DNA of 37,957 nt from contig VJWM01000363.1 of NCBI GenBank assembly GCA_010909165.1, positions 1 through 37,957 on the forward strand, given 5' to 3'. The first letter of the stretch is position 1, and every line of letters starts with the position of its first letter. Under the pieces are notes generated by a model. The model saw nothing but the letters and a program-made list of their open reading frames with translations. It was not told where the DNA came from and did not search any database. Source of the DNA: Anthoceros angustus. Its lineage: Eukaryota > Plantae > Anthocerotophyta. The position numbers were made by a program, and so were the translations under genes. This document shows, piece after piece, positions 35,090 through 37,957 of the stretch.

Positions 35090-37957
35090 AGGACCCCTCT
35101 TGTGGAACGAAGAATTTTGGTCACCCTGACGCGAAGGGGGGAGACTGACGCCAGAGGATGGGTAGTGCAGTGAGTAGGTAGGAAGTAGGTAGGACGATAG
35201 AGACAGTAGGAAGGTGGCTGACGTCCGAGGGAAGTTCGGGCTTATGAGTCATGCGAACTCAGAGAGGTTCGATCTGGTAGGAAGCATGGGTAGATAGGAG
35301 CATATATAGGCATGATAGGTTCCAGAAATTCCTTGGACCTTGGAAATATTCGGGGATAAGAAGTTCCTTGGCCTTCAAATTAGGTAGATTCTGCATGGCT
35401 ATATATGCCAGATAGGGCTGGTTAGGTTGTAAATAGAAAATAGCTACAGGAGTTTTGAACCGACATGTGGCCCATCGTGAGGAGCGCTTAGGCGGATTTG
35501 CATGTACCGCAAACTCGTTAGCTGTGGTTTGAACCGAGCGCAGCGTGACTGGGCAGATGGCTACAAACGAAGAGTAAGAGGAGCTTACGCCGAGGCAAGC
35601 AGAGCGAGGGCGAGGCGCTGCCAGTCGAGGAGCGCGGGAGGCCGAGGCGCGAGCACGAGAGGCGAAGGCCAAGGCAAGGCAGCAAGGAGACGGATGCAAT
35701 AAGACGCCGGGCCGAGGAAGCAAGAGGAGTCGAGGGGGTCCGCAGGGCGGAAGCGAGGTGGGAGGTGCTCAAGAGGCGGGAGGTGCTCAGAGGTGAGGAG
35801 CAATTGCTGGAGAGGCGCCTGGGGAGCTAGGCGTGAGACAAAGTGAAGAAACCGCTGGAGGGGAGATTGAAGGAGCCAAGGCCACCTCGGCGGTTGTGTG
35901 GAGGCCGACTGCTGAAGAGCACGGGAAGTCTTCCCCTTGTCATTGCCTCACCCAAACCACCACTTTTTGCTCACCACTCTAGCCCGATAGATTACCTCCA
36001 ATCTCTCCACCTTGCTATCCTTGTGTGTGCTCCCGCGATGGTGAAGATAGTGAGGATGGGAACGGGGTACCCACGGAGGAAACCTCCACCGCCACACCGC
36101 CCACAAGGGAAAAGGGAAGAAACACCCACCCCGAAGTTCGAGTGTAGGCCGCCTCCAAATTTCACCGAGATTTGAGGCGCTCGAGCGCCATGCGCCCGAG
36201 ATGAAGATGGAATGGTCAGATTTGGTGCCTGGTGGCACTTTGCGAGCCCCGCCTTGGTTCAGTGGAGTGTGCGCGATTTAATGAGAGTGACCAAGGCGAC
36301 ACCTCAAGGATGCGACAATCAAGTCATCCCGGATGTGGAAGGTACATTTCCGTGATACGATTGATACCTAAGCCCACAAGGGAGGGATCATTCGCTCAGC
36401 CTCCAAGAATCGTCCGAGGAGGTTATGATGTTCCTACGACCAAAGGAGGAAGTATGGTCGCAAGGCAATGGCTGGAGGATCTCTGCTCAAGGAGCGAAGT
36501 GGAATTTATTCGCCAAGATATGGCTAGGACTAACGCGCGGGCGAGGAAGACGACTGGAAATTCCATTTAATGATGATATATGAGATGTCCTGTGGAAAGT
36601 TGGTAGATTGGGCCACCATTCTCAGTATGAACAAAGCGACCAAACCATTTGGTGATGGAGGAGCAAGAATCGCTTTGTCTCTACCTTCCTCGACACCTAT
36701 ATCGAGGGAGGAGGTTCTTACAGACGAGCCGGAAGAAGCCAAGATAGAAGCTACCCCGTGAGGGTAGTGAAGGAGAGCCATCGCCCAAGGATGAAGAACA
36801 GACAGAGGCCCCGGCAAGAGACCACCACCACCCGCGAACCAACATGAGGCCTCGTGATCGTGAACCCAACAAGAGAAAGGGAAAGGGCTATAGAAGACCT
36901 ACGAGGAAGGAGGAAAGGATACGAGACCACCTACCAGGATTGAGGATTGGTAAACCAACACCGGGAGTGAACCTCTACCAGAGGGACCTGTGGAGGATGG
37001 AGGACACGGTAGGAGCTTCACCTCCCAAAGAGGTAATAGACTTGTTAGCCCGATGGAGGCAGTGACAGGAAGAACGCCGAGGAGCTGGTGACCTGCACAC
37101 CAACGGGAGGAGTGAGGGGAAGTGTTTTGAGAATGCCCGCATCCCATGAGGGTAGTTGTCGAGCCGGAAGTGGGCGCAGGATCTATGGACGCCCTAGTGG
37201 ACCGTGTCAGAGGTGGCCAAGTTCGGAACTTCGAGACCTACAAAGGAGCCGGAGGACGCCGAGAAGAAATTGAGAGGAGCTCAAAACCACCTAAGAAGCA
37301 ACACTGCTAGATCCGCCAAAGAGCGATGTGATGACCACCAAGTTGGTGAATGTGGGAAATGATTGACCGTGTCTTAGGCAGAGGCAAAATCAGCCAAGAG
37401 GGTCGAGGAGTTGGAAACCGCCAGAAGGAGGCGTAAGAAAGTTGGAAGCTACCTTAGCAAGGGTAGGAGGCATCGAACGCAGCAAGGAGGAGGCAAGATT
37501 CATAGCAGCAAGGCCCGGACCTTGAAGACGAGAAGGACCTCCTAAAGAAGAAGTTGCCATGGAGCAACGGAAGGAGCATTACAAGGAAAATATGCCTTGG
37601 TGAGAAAGAACGACAAGGATGGGACAATGTGACCAAGGGTCACAAAGAGGAGCTTCAGACACGAGAGAACTTTTGAGCAAAGAACGCAAGAAGGCCGACG
37701 ACCTTACCCACGCCTATGAGACGGAGGCAAGGAACCGAAGGAAGTTTTGATGGCCCAACGATCTTTGAGGGTCTCAGTCATTCGAGGAGCAAGAGGGCGA
37801 TCACATAGTAAAACGATGGCGATGGAAGCCATGGAGAAGCCTCGCATTCGCATTTTCGCGGGCAGCGCTGGGCGAGGCGTCGTTCTCGTTGTCGGCGGAG
37901 CGACGCAAACCGAATTCACCTTCAACCTACCGCTCGAGTTGCGCAACCAGGTGACGC
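35090..37957. mobile_element. Unresolved degenerate retroelement-like internal or accessory region
   Basis: Adjacent to the putative LTR. Purine-rich + strand with fragmented K/E/R-rich (coiled-coil-like) ORFs and IYEMSCGKLVDWATILS. No RT, integrase or transposase motif was recognised. Confidence 0.3.

Noticed and set aside
35118-35134. TGGTCACCCTGACG as a tRNA-Glu-type PBS defining a plus-strand element or a TRIM
   Set aside because: It is 28 nt from the LTR end with an imperfect match, and the sequence after the nearby purine tract does not repeat the LTR, so a TRIM structure is unsupported.

Overview
Eukaryotic streptophyte-type DNA (land plant or charophyte alga; species cannot be fixed from sequence alone). 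A compact, intact three-gene island (about 12.4-21.7 kb) is flanked on both sides by nested, indel-riddled transposons. The island holds a RabE/Rab8 GTPase (+, 8 coding exons, 216 aa), a TBC1D5-like RabGAP (-, 5 exons, 1048 aa) and an RlmI-like SAM methyltransferase with a probable organellar transit peptide (-, 8 exons, 505 aa). Left flank: the right part of a CACTA (En/Spm) element ending in a TAGTG terminus at 6382, with a ~285-bp internal inversion in its transposase; a truncated Copia with a half-tRNA-type PBS; and a 5'-truncated RT-RNase H-CCHC LINE with a (TAAA)14 tail. Right flank: a second CACTA transposase remnant directly preceded by a degenerate SET-domain ORF; an inverted second copy of an unidentified coding module with a CCATG motif array; two more Copia remnants; and an unresolved retroelement-like region. 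The most interesting signal is the SET domain abutting, and possibly fused in frame to, the CACTA transposase N-terminus. No rRNA, tRNA or CRISPR features were seen. All coordinates and translations were derived by eye; TE boundaries are approximate.
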